Source of the DNA: Somniosus microcephalus
Taxonomy: Eukaryota
Assembly (NCBI GenBank): GCA_052327205.1
Contig: CM126204.1
Coordinates: 323,206,001-323,270,000, forward strand
Length of the DNA stretch: 64,000 nt
Direction of reading: 5' to 3'
A program made the position numbers and the translations under genes. The notes beneath the pieces were generated by a model that was not told the DNA's origin, did no database searches, and worked only from the letters and a program-made list of their open reading frames with translations. This document shows, piece after piece, positions 62,108-64,000 of the stretch (positions are counted from its first letter, which is position 1; every line of letters begins with the position of its first letter).

Positions 62108-63360
62108 AATAAATACGATGGCAGCTATGGACTTAAGGTTACAGATATAAAGATAGATTCATCAATCCTATGCTTTTACGGTGTGGGGTTGCACTTGAAG
62201 GGAGCATGGCATTACAGTGTTGTAACCCTATTTCTGGCCCAGTGCTCCTTTAATCTACTAAACCATTTATACCATTTAAACTGTAGATATTCTTTTGAAA
62301 AGTTTGGAAAAATCAGTTCGAGTAGAAAAGTGTACATTAAAAAAAAATCAATTGGCATTATTTTAATCAATATAGTATGGATTCAAAATAACAAGAACCA
62401 AGAAGGGTTAAAGAGGGTAGGGAGCAGGGATCGTGTTCAGGGAGCCATTGTGCTAAAGATTAGCCAGTATTGCCTGAATAACTGAATGGATTGAATGTTA
62501 TCTATCATGGCACAAAGAGAGCCATTATTTAATAATTAATACTGAGGCCTTATTCTTCTGCTACTTGTGTAAGGATGAGTGTATCAGGAGACGAGACTTG
62601 TCTTTTATTCGATAGCAACTATTATTTAGGCAAAGGCATCATTCCTTTTCATTTGTCACAAGTAGACAACAGTGTCAGCAGAGTTTATGATTTAGCTTTT
62701 TTCACCAGATGATCAGCTGTAGCTTTAACTCCTTGCAGTCCGTGGCTATACATGTGATCTGAATGAAGTAAAGGTAAGAGAGGAATATTAGTGCTTCCCC
62801 ACAGGGAAGGAGGCAGATTTGCAACCAACAGTTGCAAATGATGTGTCCAGCGGTTTTACTCCCACAAACCCACACCTCCCCCCCCATCTATGGGGACATG
62901 CCTGGCCTCCATTTGTTTCCTTGATGGCTTGACTGAGATTGGAAAAGGCACAGTGTAGAGAAAAGCACACAAAATAGGAGAGAAACAACAAATGAAAAAT
63001 GTAAAAATGTCATTGGCTGTGTTTTTTCCCCATACATTGCATGTTACATAGTATAATGGTCCTGTCCTTATAAAGCAGCGTATCCTCCAATCCACCATCT
63101 CAAGGGAGATGCACTAGTGTCACAAAAAAGCACTGAATGATTTGGACCCTTATGGCTACAGATGTAATAAAACCTGAGGTCGTGTGCTGACCTGAGCTGT
63201 GTACATTGTGCTACGCTAGATGCATGGCTGAGAAGTTTATTTCTGTGCACAATGAAATAGGCTCTGTTGTTTTACCATATTTTCATTCTATACTGCAGTA
63301 TCATATGGTCAGCTGTCAGCAAAAAAGGTTTAACTGAGAAATTATACATTGTTTTACTAT

Positions 63361-63818
63361 AAAGAAAGACTTGCATTTATATCACGCCTTTCACGACCAC
63401 CGGACATCTCAAAGCACTTTGCAGCCAATTAAGTACTTTTGGAGTGTAGTCACTGTTGTAATGTTGGAAATACAGCAGCCAATTTGCACACAGCAAGCTC
63501 CCACAAACAGCAATGTGATAATGACCAGATAATCTGTTTTTGTTATGTTGATTGAGGGATAAATATTGGCCAGGACACCAGGGATAACTCCCCTGCTCTT
63601 CTTTGAAATAGTGCCATGGGATCTTTTACATCCACCTGAGAGAGCAGACGGGGCCTCGGTTTAACATCTCATCCGAAAGACAGCACCTCCGACAGTGCAG
63701 CACTCCCTCAGCACTGCACTGGAGTGTCAGCCTAGCTTTATGTGCTCAAGTCCCTGGAGTGGGACTTGAACCCACAACCTTCTGACTCAGGCGAGTGTGC
63801 TACCCACCGAGCCACAGC
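63361..63818 (-). mobile_element. DeuSINE (SacSINE1-like), near full length
   Basis: Head GCTGTGGCTCGGTGGGTAGCAC...GGTTCAAGTCCCACTCC (A/B boxes), conserved core, L2-type tail with (TTTC)n. Confidence 0.85.
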
Positions 63819-64000
63819 ACATTGCTGTGTAGAAAATAATGAATCAGTGGGAGTATTCCTATTGAGGGGCATCAAATTATGTTACAACTCATAGGTTTGT
63901 GACCATCATCTGAACCCCTTATTGAGATACCGTGTAGGTATGATTTTTAAAAATAATCTGTTCCGTGAAACTCATGAGGGTCTTTTGTTCCACTTTGTTT

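Overview
Eukaryotic, repeat-rich vertebrate DNA, almost certainly a cartilaginous fish (shark/ray). The inference rests on HE1-type V-SINEs, SacSINE1-type DeuSINEs and CR1, L2 and Penelope families typical of elasmobranchs. Nearly the whole window is intron of a + strand gene. The only host exon I can support is a 130-nt coding exon at 55310-55439 (GKKKATLYDTQAPICPICQVLLRPSELQDHMEQELEKLTQSNI), matching the RNF220 E3 ligase. The rest comprises a decayed two-gene PIF/Harbinger transposon with a young Penelope retroelement nested in it (the Penelope carries a hammerhead ribozyme motif), many Harbinger-type MITEs, a non-autonomous Helitron carrying a promoter-like cassette, a pogo/Tigger-like MITE, CR1/L2/Rex1-Babar LINE fragments, SINEs, a perfect 45-bp VNTR, assembly gaps (35387-36500) and several repeat-free blocks that look like conserved non-coding enhancers. 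Most ORF-track entries are spurious. The most interesting observations are: two MITEs whose arrays of hairpins are conserved by compensatory change; the Penelope hammerhead and a fold-back pLTR derivative; a Helitron-borne YY1/CCAAT/GC-box promoter; an RNF220 exon that begins with a recursive-splice-type AG|GTAAG; and an unexplained CpG-rich ORF island at ~28.5-28.9 kb. All family assignments are from recognition by eye, not from database searches.
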